A DNA stretch of 64,000 nucleotides from Penicillus capitatus. Taxonomy: Eukaryota > Plantae > Chlorophyta. Of this stretch, positions 63,039 through 64,000 are shown one piece after another (the stretch's first letter is position 1; every line of letters begins with the position of its first letter). The stretch lies in the NCBI GenBank assembly GCA_965649825.1, contig OZ287705.1:892314-956313 (forward strand), in the 5' to 3' direction. The translations under genes were made by a program, and so were the position numbers. A model generated the notes under the pieces. That model was not told where the DNA came from and ran no database searches. It was given only the letters and a program-made list of their open reading frames with translations.

Positions 63039-64000
63039 ATGTCGACGTCACAGGAGATTGCTAGTGCTGCGCCATCTCGTTGTGCATGCTGTGGCCGACA
63101 GATCCGAAGCGCACGCTTCACGTTCTGTCAAATGCATGCCATGTGCCGCAAGATCGCCAACACGGCACTGCACTTCGACGGTCATCGTGTCGTGCCCTGC
63201 GCGAACGTTCTCGAAGCCATGCACACTTTCTATCGATCGGGCGTCCTCAGTCAGTCCACGGCGGCGGAAATCGCAAGACGTCATCCGCAAGAATACGACA
63301 GTGCGTTCGCATCCAGGTAAACTCTTCTATTCTTTTCTCTTCTCTTACGTCGCTTAACTAACCGTTTTCCTGTAGATTAAACCAAAACGCCAAGACGCTA
63401 ACCCCGTCCACTGGCGTGACGAATCGAAGAGAAGAGTGCTTCGTGTGCAACATCGTAGGTGACGATCCTTACGTCGCGCTCGGCTTCGACCATCTGGATA
63501 TGGCCATCCATGCATTCAGGTAAGTGTGTCTTGTGTGTGCGGTTACTAATGTGTGTTTGTTTGCAGATACGCGTTATACTCAGCAGCGAAGCTGGCGGTC
63601 GGAGAGAGAGTCGCTTCGTTAGGAGAGCTGGTGGAGAGAACGGGAGATGGCGACAGTCGTGCAGCGATACCGAGAGGACCAGTCCTGGAGAGCGACAACA
63701 TGCTGGTGGCCAACATGCCACAGCACGCGGGGATCGCGGTTGACTTGAGGGGAGGCGCGGAAATAACTTCGCGTCCTAACCTGAGGTCGCTGGTTCCCCT
63801 TCCAGTGCCATACGAGACGCCGTCGCCGTGACATTACCTATCGACGCGGTCCATTGATCCGCGGATGTCGCTTCTGGGAAGCAATGGACGCTGTCGAAGA
63901 AGCTGCCGATGCAGCCGAGATCGGCACAGGGCGGCGTCAAGATCGACAGACACCGACATGGATACTGCCTAACAATGAACATGCCCACTTGCGGAACAAC
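63039..64000 (+). CDS. Hypothetical multi-exon protein, Cys/His-rich N-terminus; may run off the window end
   Basis: MSTSQEI...RCACCGRQIRSARFTFCQMHAMC; GT-AG introns link ORFs 62949 and 63553. Confidence 0.45.

Noticed and set aside
1-64000. Non-standard genetic code (TAA/TAG = Gln, as in some ulvophytes)
   Set aside because: Multi-kb conserved ORFs are uninterrupted under the standard code, and genes end in TAA or TAG (e.g. LIP1, metacaspase).

Overview
Eukaryotic nuclear DNA: compact and gene-dense, with short introns (~45-60 bp), standard genetic code and TGTAA poly(A)-type signals. A type II metacaspase, OHP1, cysteine oxidase and a SEX4-like phosphatase point to a green alga (Chlorophyta; inference only). 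The left ~19 kb and 32-38 kb are accessory and TE-disturbed. They hold an NLR-like NACHT-HEAT gene split by a recent 808-bp TRIM (identical 147-bp LTRs, PBS, PPT, 4-bp TSD), a related solo LTR, two decayed copies of an unknown repeat ORF, a WD40-TRP channel, a truncated SET gene and a head-to-head pair of C2-lipase paralogs. At 33-38 kb are two tandem genes with MLKL-like four-helix-bundle N-termini. One adds a U-box; the other ends in two RHIM-like motifs and is a candidate amyloid-triggered cell-death executor. The rest is housekeeping: SF3B3, SSSCA1-like, MTP7/ZnT9-like, PCO/ADO, lipoyl synthase, VIRILIZER, AAA ATPase, glucan phosphatase-like DSP, START-like, OHP1, a POLQ-like gene with an apparently dead polymerase, UTP12, DEK and metacaspase. 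All assignments come from reading motifs by eye; no database searches were run, and exon boundaries are approximate unless stated.
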